A stretch of 64,000 nt of DNA. Origin: an uncultured Gammaproteobacteria bacterium (lineage in GTDB: Bacteria > Patescibacteriota > Microgenomatia > UBA8517). The notes beneath the pieces are model-generated. The model did not search any database. It saw only the letters and a list, made by a program, of their open reading frames with translations, and had not been told where the DNA came from. Position 1 is the stretch's first letter; each line of letters begins with the position of its first letter. The stretch is taken from the NCBI GenBank assembly GCA_964635715.1, contig CAZWNZ010000001.1, positions 74,358 to 138,357 of the forward strand. Reading direction: 5' to 3'. A program made the translations under genes and the position numbers. This document shows positions 27,404-35,392 of this stretch, piece after piece.

Positions 27404-29185
27404 ATGACAAGATATTTTAAAAAAATAGGTTCCTACTTTAAGAAAAACGAAAGAGTGTTTGAACACTTTCTTTTGTCCCTAGGTGTTCTGGTCTTAATAC
27501 TTTTTGCATGTCTTGCTTCATATTTTATTTCTTATTCAGGAAAGATTTACCCAAATATCTATATCAGCGGAATAAGTATTTCCGGCAATAATTATGAAGG
27601 CGCCACCTCAATCATTACAGAAAAAATTTCCATACTTAATGAACTAAATCTCATGTATCAAGATCGAAAATTTCCAATTAAATTAATCGACATTGGTTTT
27701 TCTTATAACCTACCTGAATCTATCAATCTTGCTTATAATTATGCCAGGACCGGAAACTTCTTATACGATTTAAAAACGCGGATTTCACTTTTATTCTCAA
27801 AACAAAATCTTAATTTAAAATATAACCTGAATGAGGATGAACTGAAAAAATCAATCGCTTTTATTTCAGAGGATATTTCTGAGGAAGCGTTAGAACCATC
27901 CATTACTATTAACGGCGAGGATATTGTAGTCAGTAAAGGCAGTGTGGGTAAAGAGGTCGACCAAAGTTTATTGATAGAAATTATTAAAGAGAACTTGGCT
28001 TTAAACAACCAAAATGACATAACAATCCCGGTCAAGATAATTGACCCCACATTAACCCCCGATCAAGAAACCGCATATGTCGCACGCGCATCCAAATATT
28101 TGGGTAAGGAAATTAATATTACTTTTGAATATAACACTTATAATTTCAAGGGTCCCGAAATTATTCAACTGCTGGACCCTTCCTCCGGTTATCGCAATAA
28201 AAACATCTCTGATCTTATTAATAATATAGCGGCTTCGGTTGAAAGAGATCCTCAAAATTCCAAATTTAATTTTGCAGGTGGAAAAGTAGTTGAATTTCAA
28301 GCATCTCTCGATGGAATATCTGTAAACGATCAGGAATTTAAAAGTGTTTTGATTGAGAATTTGGAAAAATTGGCTGATTCTGACGAAAAATCAATAAATT
28401 TCAGCGTACCTGTTAATAAAACACCACCCCAGATTACAACCGATGAAGTTAATAATTTGGGAATTGAAAAACTTATCGGTAGAGGTTCTTCTACTTATTA
28501 TCATTCGATAACTTCCCGTGTCCACAATGTTGCCCTTGCCGCTTCCCGTATTAACGGGACATTAGTAAAACCAGGTGAAACATTTTCCTTTAACCAAGCC
28601 TTAGGTGAAGTATCTGGAGCTACAGGGTATCAACAGGCTTATATTATTAGTGAAGGTAGAACAATTCTCGGTGACGGAGGTGGAGTTTGCCAGGTTTCAA
28701 CAACATTATTTAGAGCACTACTTGATGCAGGACTTACAATAACTGAAAGACAATCTCATGCATACCGCGTGAGTTATTATGAACAAGATTCTCCGCCAGG
28801 GTTGGATGCAACAGTATACAGCCCATCTCCGGATCTAAAATTTATAAACGACACGCCTGGCCATATTTTAATTCAAGCCATAGCCGATACCAAAAACTAT
28901 TCTTTAGTGTTCGAACTTTACGGAACAGATGACGGTAGAATTTCAACAGTTTCAAAGCCTATTGTTTCCAATGTTTCTTCTCCACCGGAGGACTTGTATC
29001 AAGATGACCCAACTCTGCCGGCAGGAACAATCAAACAAATTGACTGGAAGGCCTGGGGAGCAAAGGTTACATTTAATTACAAGGTAACCAAAAACGGCAA
29101 AGAAATAATAAATAAGACTTTTATCAGCAATTACAAACCCTGGCAGGCAATCTATTTGAAAGGCACTGGGCCGATAGTCCAGTAA
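27404..29185 (+). CDS. VanW family protein with peptidoglycan-binding repeats
   Basis: RVHNVALAA, PGETFSFN, GGGVCQVSTTLFRA, DATVY, DLKFINDT. Confidence 0.88.
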   Translation: MTRYFKKIGSYFKKNERVFEHFLLSLGVLVLILFACLASYFISYSGKIYPNIYISGISISGNNYEGATSIITEKISILNELNLMYQDRKFPIKLIDIGFSYNLPESINLAYNYARTGNFLYDLKTRISLLFSKQNLNLKYNLNEDELKKSIAFISEDISEEALEPSITINGEDIVVSKGSVGKEVDQSLLIEIIKENLALNNQNDITIPVKIIDPTLTPDQETAYVARASKYLGKEINITFEYNTYNFKGPEIIQLLDPSSGYRNKNISDLINNIAASVERDPQNSKFNFAGGKVVEFQASLDGISVNDQEFKSVLIENLEKLADSDEKSINFSVPVNKTPPQITTDEVNNLGIEKLIGRGSSTYYHSITSRVHNVALAASRINGTLVKPGETFSFNQALGEVSGATGYQQAYIISEGRTILGDGGGVCQVSTTLFRALLDAGLTITERQSHAYRVSYYEQDSPPGLDATVYSPSPDLKFINDTPGHILIQAIADTKNYSLVFELYGTDDGRISTVSKPIVSNVSSPPEDLYQDDPTLPAGTIKQIDWKAWGAKVTFNYKVTKNGKEIINKTFISNYKPWQAIYLKGTGPIVQ

Positions 29186-29224
29186 TATTAGTAAGTGATC
29201 GGCCAAATGTCGTATAATAGCTTC

Positions 29225-30286
29225 ATGAAAATAATAAAATGTGACGAAAGCTCGGTCAAAATCGCCGTTGATGTTTTGAAATCAGGAGGTTTAATAATTT
29301 ATCCTACCGAAACACTTTATGGAATTGGGGCTGATGCAACAAACCCAGATGCCATTAAAAAACTTACAGAGTATAAAAATAGGCCATTTGGAAAACCGTA
29401 TTCTATTGCTGTTGCTAATAAAAAAATGGCAGAAAAATATGCAGAGATTAATAACACTGCTAAGAGTTTGTATGAAAATTTTTTGCCCGGTCCTTTGACA
29501 ATTATATCGAGAGGAAAGCACACACTTGCGCCGGGAATTGAAAGTGAAGATAAAACTTTGGGAATAAGGATCCCTGACTACAAGCTGGTATTGGAAATTA
29601 TAAAAGCATTTGGAAAACCGATAACCTCCACATCAGCTAATGCCAGCTACAAAAAGCGCCCATATAAAATTTCTGACGTCCTGGAAAATATTAGTGACAA
29701 ACAAAAAAAACTGATAGATCTTATCATCGATAATGGTGAGCTTCCTCATAACGAACCGTCAACTGTTGTTGATACAACACTTGACGATCCGGTTATACTT
29801 CGTCAAGGGAAAATTAAGTTTAATAAAAAGAATCAGATTCTTTCCAAAAATGAAGAAACGACGCAAAACTTGGCTAAAGAAATTTGGCAAAAGTACGAAG
29901 CACACAAAGGTCGTCGTGCAATTGTTTTTGCTTTGGAGGGTGAAATGGGGGTCGGCAAAACTCAATTTACCAAAGGTTTGGCACGCTCCATGGGGATTGA
30001 AGATTTGGTGACCTCCCCCACTTTTGCTTTAGAAAACGAATACAAAATACCAAACACCAAATATAAATTGTACCATTTTGATGCGTGGAGGCTTGAAAAC
30101 TCAGAGGAAATGAAGGCTTTAGGCTTTGAGGATTTAATCAAAAATAAATCCGTTGTTTCGATTGAGTGGGCTGAAAAAGTTGCCGATTTGATTCGTGAAT
30201 TTGACGATGAGGCGATAATTATTTGGATAAACATAAGGTTCGGGGATATGGAAAATGACAGAATAATCTCATGGGGAAATATATGA
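29225..30286 (+). CDS. Fused TsaC (Sua5/YrdC threonylcarbamoyl-AMP synthase) and TsaE (YjeE ATPase)
   Basis: N-terminal YPTETLYGI, PGPLT, GIRIPD, STSAN, PSTVVD; C-terminal GEMGVGKT, SPTF, YHFDAWRL, IEWAEK. Confidence 0.9.
   Translation: MKIIKCDESSVKIAVDVLKSGGLIIYPTETLYGIGADATNPDAIKKLTEYKNRPFGKPYSIAVANKKMAEKYAEINNTAKSLYENFLPGPLTIISRGKHTLAPGIESEDKTLGIRIPDYKLVLEIIKAFGKPITSTSANASYKKRPYKISDVLENISDKQKKLIDLIIDNGELPHNEPSTVVDTTLDDPVILRQGKIKFNKKNQILSKNEETTQNLAKEIWQKYEAHKGRRAIVFALEGEMGVGKTQFTKGLARSMGIEDLVTSPTFALENEYKIPNTKYKLYHFDAWRLENSEEMKALGFEDLIKNKSVVSIEWAEKVADLIREFDDEAIIIWINIRFGDMENDRIISWGNI
30038..30065. repeat. Degenerate 7-bp array (AAATACC-like)x4 in TsaE domain
   Basis: gaataca aaatacc aaacacc aaatata; encodes EYKIPNTKYK. 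Confidence 0.65.
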
Positions 30287-31368
30287 AAGTTAACTCAAAT
30301 ATCAAATCTCAAAACTCAAAGCTGACAATGTTGGCGATAGATACCAGCTGCGACGAAACTTCCGCTGCTGTAACTGAAGGTACAGCAATTCTTTCAAATG
30401 TTATTTGGTCACAAGCTTCTGCACACGCAAAATTTGGCGGAGTTATGCCGTCCCTTGCTAAAAGAATGCATGAAGAAAGAATTAATTTCGTTGTTGAAAA
30501 GGCCTTAAAAAAAGCATTCCCCAAATCCCCATCTACCATCAACCATCTACTATCTACCAAAATTGATGCCATTGCCGTCACTGTCGGGCCCGGCCTTTCC
30601 ATAGCTTTAGGCGTTGGCATTAATAAAGCCAGGGAAATCGCCGAAAAATATAATAAAAAGCTTATTGCAGTAAATCATCTGGAGGCCCACTTATTCTCCC
30701 CATTCGCGAATTCTAAATTCGAAATTCTAAATTCTAAATTCCCAATGCTTGGCTTGGTAATTTCAGGCGGCAATACAATACTAGTTAAGATTAACAAAGT
30801 TGGGTCCTACAATATTCTTGCACAAACCACCGATGATGCTTTAGGGGAAGCTCTTGATAAAGCTGCTAGAATGCTCGGACTTGGCTATCCGGGAGGTGCA
30901 ATTTTGGAAAAGATGGCTAAGCTTGGAGATTCTAAAAAATATAACCTTCCTGTTCCTATTGTCGGTCAGGAAAAAAGAATGATTTTTACCTACTCCGGTA
31001 TTAAAACCTCTTTCTCGCGACTTGTTGAATCTGAAAAACCATTAACGAAAGGGGAAGTTGAAAATTTAGCAGCATCATTTCAAAATGTTGCCTTTAAACA
31101 TATCGAGCGCGTGCTACAGTATTACTTAATTCACAATTCTCTATTCAAAATTCAATATTTATTGGTCGGTGGCGGCGTTTCTGCCAATGTCGAAATTCGA
31201 AAAAGGTTGAGAAATCTATGTAAAAAATATTCAATAAATGTAGTATTTCCGACAAACAAAAAACTATATGGAGATAATGCAGCAATGATTGGAATAGCTG
31301 CTTATTTAAATCAAAATTTTGTAAAACTGGAGGAAATTGACCGGAAGCCTAACTTAAAATTAGCCTGA
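30283..31368 (+). CDS. tsaD: tRNA N6-adenosine threonylcarbamoyltransferase TsaD
   Basis: AIDTSCDETSAA, GPGL, NHLEAH, SGGNT, DDALGEALDK, GYPGG, GGVSAN, DNAAMIG. Confidence 0.95.
   Translation: MKVNSNIKSQNSKLTMLAIDTSCDETSAAVTEGTAILSNVIWSQASAHAKFGGVMPSLAKRMHEERINFVVEKALKKAFPKSPSTINHLLSTKIDAIAVTVGPGLSIALGVGINKAREIAEKYNKKLIAVNHLEAHLFSPFANSKFEILNSKFPMLGLVISGGNTILVKINKVGSYNILAQTTDDALGEALDKAARMLGLGYPGGAILEKMAKLGDSKKYNLPVPIVGQEKRMIFTYSGIKTSFSRLVESEKPLTKGEVENLAASFQNVAFKHIERVLQYYLIHNSLFKIQYLLVGGGVSANVEIRKRLRNLCKKYSINVVFPTNKKLYGDNAAMIGIAAYLNQNFVKLEEIDRKPNLKLA
30291..30325. repeat. 7-bp array (AAWCTCA-like)x5 at tsaD N-terminus
   Basis: taactca aatatca aatctca aaactca aagctga. Confidence 0.75.
30529..30556. 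repeat. 7-bp array (CCATCTA)x4 inside tsaD
   Basis: ccatcta ccatcaa ccatcta ctatcta; encodes PSTINHLLS. Confidence 0.85.
30708..30742. repeat. 7-bp array (AAATTCT)x5 inside tsaD
   Basis: gaattct aaattcg aaattct aaattct aaattcc; encodes NSKFEILNSKF. Confidence 0.9.
31127..31161. repeat. Degenerate 7-bp array (NNATTCA-like)x5 inside tsaD
   Basis: taattca caattct ctattca aaattca atattta; encodes IHNSLFKIQYL. Confidence 0.7.
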
Positions 31369-31402
31369 ATCGTGGTACAATGTGAGGCATATACATCTAA
31401 AT

Positions 31403-33469
31403 ATGGACAAAGCATACGAACATTCAAAATTTGAGACAAAAATATATGAAAAATGGGAAAAATCCGGCGCTTTTACTCCGAAAGTAGATAAAAAGAAAAA
31501 ACCATTCACCATTATCATGCCGCCCCCTAACGCTAATGATCCTCTACATATAGGTCATGCCAGATTTGTAGCAATTGAAGATGTTTTAATCCGCTACCAC
31601 AGAATGAAAGGTGAATCTACATTATGGCTACCCGGAGCAGATCATGCCGGTATTGAAACCCAGTATGTTTTTGAAAAAAAACTCAGAGACAAAGATCAAT
31701 CGAGGTTTGATTTTGATCGCAACACACTTTACAAAATGATTTGGGATTATGTGGAAGACAATACCGGACTTATGGAGAGCCAGTTGAGGAGACTTGGTGC
31801 ATCGTGTGATTGGACAAGATTTAAATTTACCCTTGATCCGGACATTGTTACCTTAGTTCAAAAAAGCTTTAAGAAACTTTTTGATGAAGGGCTTATTTAT
31901 CGTGGCAAAAGGTTGGTTAATTACTGTACTCACTGCGGAACTGCTTATTCAAATCTTGAAGTTGATTATGTTGAAAGGAAAGACCCTCTTTACTACATGA
32001 AGTATGGACCGTTTATCCTTGCGACAACGAGACCGGAAACAAAATTCGGCGATACGGCTGTTGCGGTCAACCCCAAAGACAAAAGGTATAAAGATTATGT
32101 AGGTCAGGAAATTACTGTTAAAGGTTTAATTGGAGATTTTAAAGTTAAGGTGATAGCCGACGACTTAGTTGACCCCGAATTTGGTACAGGTGTTGTTAAA
32201 GTTACCCCAGCGCACGATTTTAATGATTTTGAAATGGGAGAGCGCCACAATCTTGAGATTAAACAGGTAATTGACTTAGATGGAAAACTAAATGAGCTGA
32301 CAGGAAAATACAGAGGTCTTTATGTCAACCAAGCAAGAAAACAAGTTGTTGAAGATCTTGAAAAAGCCGGACAGATGGTGAAGGTAAACAATGACTACAA
32401 CCATGTGGTAGGAACATGTTACCGCTGCAAAAACACAATTGAGCCCATGCTTCTTGATCAATGGTTTTTGAAAGTCAAACCGATGGTTGATAAATCTATA
32501 ACCGCAATAAAAAAAGGTGATGTTAAATTTGCTGCTAAAAAGTACGAAAAAATTGCCAAAAACTGGTATAAAAACTTAAAGGATTGGAATATAAGTCGAC
32601 AGATTGTTTGGGGCATAAGAATACCGGCATATCGATGCGAAAAATGTCTTGAGTGGACTATCACTGAAGGAGAGGTTCCAACCACGTGCGATAGCTGTGG
32701 GCACAACAAACTTACTCAGGACACCGACACTTTTGATACCTGGTTTTCTTCAGGACAATGGCCGTACGCAACACTTAAAACTACCAAACCCGGAGATTTT
32801 GAGCACTTCTACCCCACATCTGTTATGGAAACTGCTTATGACATTCTCCCCTTCTGGGTTATAAGGATGATCATGTTTGGAGTTTATATGGAAGAAAAAG
32901 TTCCTTTTAATGAAGTATTAATCCATGGACTTGTACGGGATAAAAACGGCTTAAAGATCAGTAAATCAAAAGGTAATGTCATAGACCCAATTGAAATGGC
33001 CGACAAATACGGCGCGGACGCTCTTCGTATGGGTATTCTCTGGGGAGCACTTGTAGAAAATGATATTGCTCTTTCAGAGGAAAATATTAATGCACAAAAG
33101 AAATTCTGCAACAAAGTTTGGAATGCGGCTAGATTTGTCCAAGGTTTTGAAGGAACCAAATCAAATCCTAGTGTTATTAAAAGCTATGACATGTTTATGA
33201 AAACTTTAACTAGTGACGTAACAAAACTGCTCGATAAATTTAAACTTAATCAGGCAGCTGAAATTCTATACAAAAGATTCTGGAATAACTTTTGTGATAT
33301 GCGCATAGAGGATGCTAAAAAAGGCCTTCTATCAAAAACGGATCTAAAGAGAGGGCTTTTTATTTACTTGAAACTTCTCCATCCATTTATGCCCTTCGTG
33401 ACAGAACAGATTTGGGAAGAGTTGGGAGAAAATGAACTTCTAATTACCTCACCCTGGCCTGCCTCGTAA
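31403..33469 (+). CDS. valS: Valine--tRNA ligase (lacks C-terminal coiled-coil arm)
   Basis: PPPNA..LHIGH, DHAGIETQ, ATTRPET, GTGVVKVTPAHD, DWNISRQIVWG, DTWFSS, KISKSKGN. Confidence 0.96.
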   Translation: MDKAYEHSKFETKIYEKWEKSGAFTPKVDKKKKPFTIIMPPPNANDPLHIGHARFVAIEDVLIRYHRMKGESTLWLPGADHAGIETQYVFEKKLRDKDQSRFDFDRNTLYKMIWDYVEDNTGLMESQLRRLGASCDWTRFKFTLDPDIVTLVQKSFKKLFDEGLIYRGKRLVNYCTHCGTAYSNLEVDYVERKDPLYYMKYGPFILATTRPETKFGDTAVAVNPKDKRYKDYVGQEITVKGLIGDFKVKVIADDLVDPEFGTGVVKVTPAHDFNDFEMGERHNLEIKQVIDLDGKLNELTGKYRGLYVNQARKQVVEDLEKAGQMVKVNNDYNHVVGTCYRCKNTIEPMLLDQWFLKVKPMVDKSITAIKKGDVKFAAKKYEKIAKNWYKNLKDWNISRQIVWGIRIPAYRCEKCLEWTITEGEVPTTCDSCGHNKLTQDTDTFDTWFSSGQWPYATLKTTKPGDFEHFYPTSVMETAYDILPFWVIRMIMFGVYMEEKVPFNEVLIHGLVRDKNGLKISKSKGNVIDPIEMADKYGADALRMGILWGALVENDIALSEENINAQKKFCNKVWNAARFVQGFEGTKSNPSVIKSYDMFMKTLTSDVTKLLDKFKLNQAAEILYKRFWNNFCDMRIEDAKKGLLSKTDLKRGLFIYLKLLHPFMPFVTEQIWEELGENELLITSPWPAS

Positions 33470-33538
33470 AATCGCTCCTTGAACCGCATTTGAATAAAAT
33501 TGAAGAGGTAAAAGGAAAGATTTACTGGGGCCAAAAGA

Positions 33539-34426
33539 TTAAGGCTTAATTGTAGCGGAAGGAGAACTTGTAGAGCTTGCTTTGGGGCTCGCTGTAGCTG
33601 TTGCCTCAGTAAATTTAAAAGACTCATAAAAACTATCAAAATTACTGTCTACAATGGCCCCATTACTAATGGCGATTATTTTATTATCACTATTTATCAT
33701 TATTTGCTCAAGGACCCAAGTTGCTAAGGATGAGGTTGTAACAGTAACCTTTGTGGCAGGAAGACCACTAATGGTAATCTTTTCCTGTTGTACCTTTCTA
33801 TCAGTACCAAACTGTTTACCCATATCAGCAATAATTTGATCGGCAGTTTTATTGTTATAAATATTTATTACCCATTGGACATCTTCTCCAACACTTGAAG
33901 GACCAAAACCGATTGTGTCGGCAGAAGTTTCTGTCCCTACCAATCGCCAATCTGAGGGGTATCTGACTGAAAAGCCAACTGCAGTATTTGTATAAGTCTC
34001 CCAATTCGCAGTCGGATCTGCGGTCGGAGTCGCCGTTACTACTGCAACAGGTGACGGTGACGGAGTTGGAGTTGGCGTAGAAACGGCAAAATATTTTGTC
34101 CATAGCAGATAGCCGCCTGCGCCAAGAATCGTAAGTAACAATATTATTATTGCAACAACAATGAGAGGTGAGCTTTTCTTGGGAGCTTCATCTGTTGAAT
34201 TTTGTTCCATTGGTGGTGTGGGTGGTTGATCGGACGGTGGACTGGGTATTACCGAAGGGGCGGGAGTTTCCGGCATAGGGGGCTGAGGAGTTGGCTGCGT
34301 CATAGGTTCGGACGGCGAAATAACATTGGTTGTTTCTTCCAATGGAACTGATACCTGAACTTCAGGTTCACCAGGTTGATTAGAAGATATACTTTCCCCT
34401 TGTGGGACAGGCACATTTGGGTCCAT
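33539..34426 (-). CDS. Pro-rich membrane-anchored protein with PsbP-like extracellular domain
   Basis: Pro/Thr-rich N-terminus, one TM, WETYTN..GFSVRYPSDW motif. Confidence 0.6.
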   Translation of the reverse strand: MDPNVPVPQGESISSNQPGEPEVQVSVPLEETTNVISPSEPMTQPTPQPPMPETPAPSVIPSPPSDQPPTPPMEQNSTDEAPKKSSPLIVVAIIILLLTILGAGGYLLWTKYFAVSTPTPTPSPSPVAVVTATPTADPTANWETYTNTAVGFSVRYPSDWRLVGTETSADTIGFGPSSVGEDVQWVINIYNNKTADQIIADMGKQFGTDRKVQQEKITISGLPATKVTVTTSSLATWVLEQIMINSDNKIIAISNGAIVDSNFDSFYESFKFTEATATASPKASSTSSPSATIKP

Positions 34427-34441
34427 ACTTTAGACTAACAC

Positions 34442-34708
34442 ATGGATAACCGTATGGTCAATAAAGACATTAACCATTTGATTTTTATAGTCGGTGTTTT
34501 CGTCTTACTTCTTTTAAGTCTGGTTAATATCAAAACCGTTTTCTCTAAGAAAGAGGTTTTGGGACTGGAAACCCAAATTCAATCTGACGACAAATTTTGG
34601 AATGATTTTTTAATAAAAAACCCAAATTACTTACCAGGCTGGGTCGAATTGGGTAAAGCAGACGTCGCTTCAAAGATTGATCCTAATTACTGGGGCTTGG
34701 AACACTAA
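34442..34708 (+). CDS. Hypothetical small membrane protein
   Basis: 88 aa, N-terminal TM, NPNYLPGW...IDPN. Confidence 0.6.
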   Translation: MDNRMVNKDINHLIFIVGVFVLLLLSLVNIKTVFSKKEVLGLETQIQSDDKFWNDFLIKNPNYLPGWVELGKADVASKIDPNYWGLEH

Positions 34709-34710
34709 TA

Positions 34711-35391
34711 TTATTCTTTTGAAGATTCTTCAGTAGGTGTCGCACCCTCAGCAGGAACTTCTCCCTCAGTAGGTGTCGCACCCTCAGCAGGAACTTCTCC
34801 CTCAGTGGGAGCCGGGGCTTCTACAACTTCCTCTTTTTGAGGAGGTTCTACTTTAGCAAGAATCGCTTCCAGATCGCTTTTAATTTCAACCTTTGACTTA
34901 TCATAGTTGAGATCCTTTACGAAAACTGACTGATCAACCTCTGCAAGTGCGCTTACGTCTATTTCAAATTTTTCAGGAAGATCGCCGGGCAATGCCTCCA
35001 CCTTAATTTCATTAAGATATTGGACAACTGTTCCGAGGGCTTGTTTCTCCGCGGGTGATTCGCCTGATAGCTCAACAGGAATATCCGCTTCAACTTTCTC
35101 CTTAAGGTCAACCTGCAAAAAGTCAACATGGACAGGCGCATCTGTGATTGGGTTGTATTGAAGATTGTGAATTAAAACTGGCTTTTCCTCATTTTCCACA
35201 ACAAGCGTTAAAAGACCGGTCTCACCTATTTCCTTGAATATTTTTTCAAAATCTTTAAGGTTAACCTGAACCGATTGAGATTTAACTTTTTTTCCATAAA
35301 CATTGCCAGGAAGAATTCCTTCCTTGCGAAGGTTTTTTACTTTCCTACCCTCCAATGTCCTTTTGTCTGCTTTTAATATCGTTTTTGCCAT
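34711..35391 (-). CDS. rplY: 50S ribosomal protein L25/Ctc
   Basis: LRKEGILPGNVYG, HVDFLQV, IPVEL.GE, acidic tail. Confidence 0.93.
   Translation of the reverse strand: MAKTILKADKRTLEGRKVKNLRKEGILPGNVYGKKVKSQSVQVNLKDFEKIFKEIGETGLLTLVVENEEKPVLIHNLQYNPITDAPVHVDFLQVDLKEKVEADIPVELSGESPAEKQALGTVVQYLNEIKVEALPGDLPEKFEIDVSALAEVDQSVFVKDLNYDKSKVEIKSDLEAILAKVEPPQKEEVVEAPAPTEGEVPAEGATPTEGEVPAEGATPTEESSKE
34730..34806. repeat. 36-bp perfect tandem duplication in rplY tail
   Basis: tcagtaggtgtcgcaccctcagcaggaacttctccc x2; encodes TEGEVPAEGATP x2. Confidence 0.9.
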
Positions 35392-35392
35392 T

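Noticed and set aside
34730-34806. 36-bp duplication in rplY as a novel element
   Set aside because: Ordinary expansion of the low-complexity acidic tail of L25/Ctc
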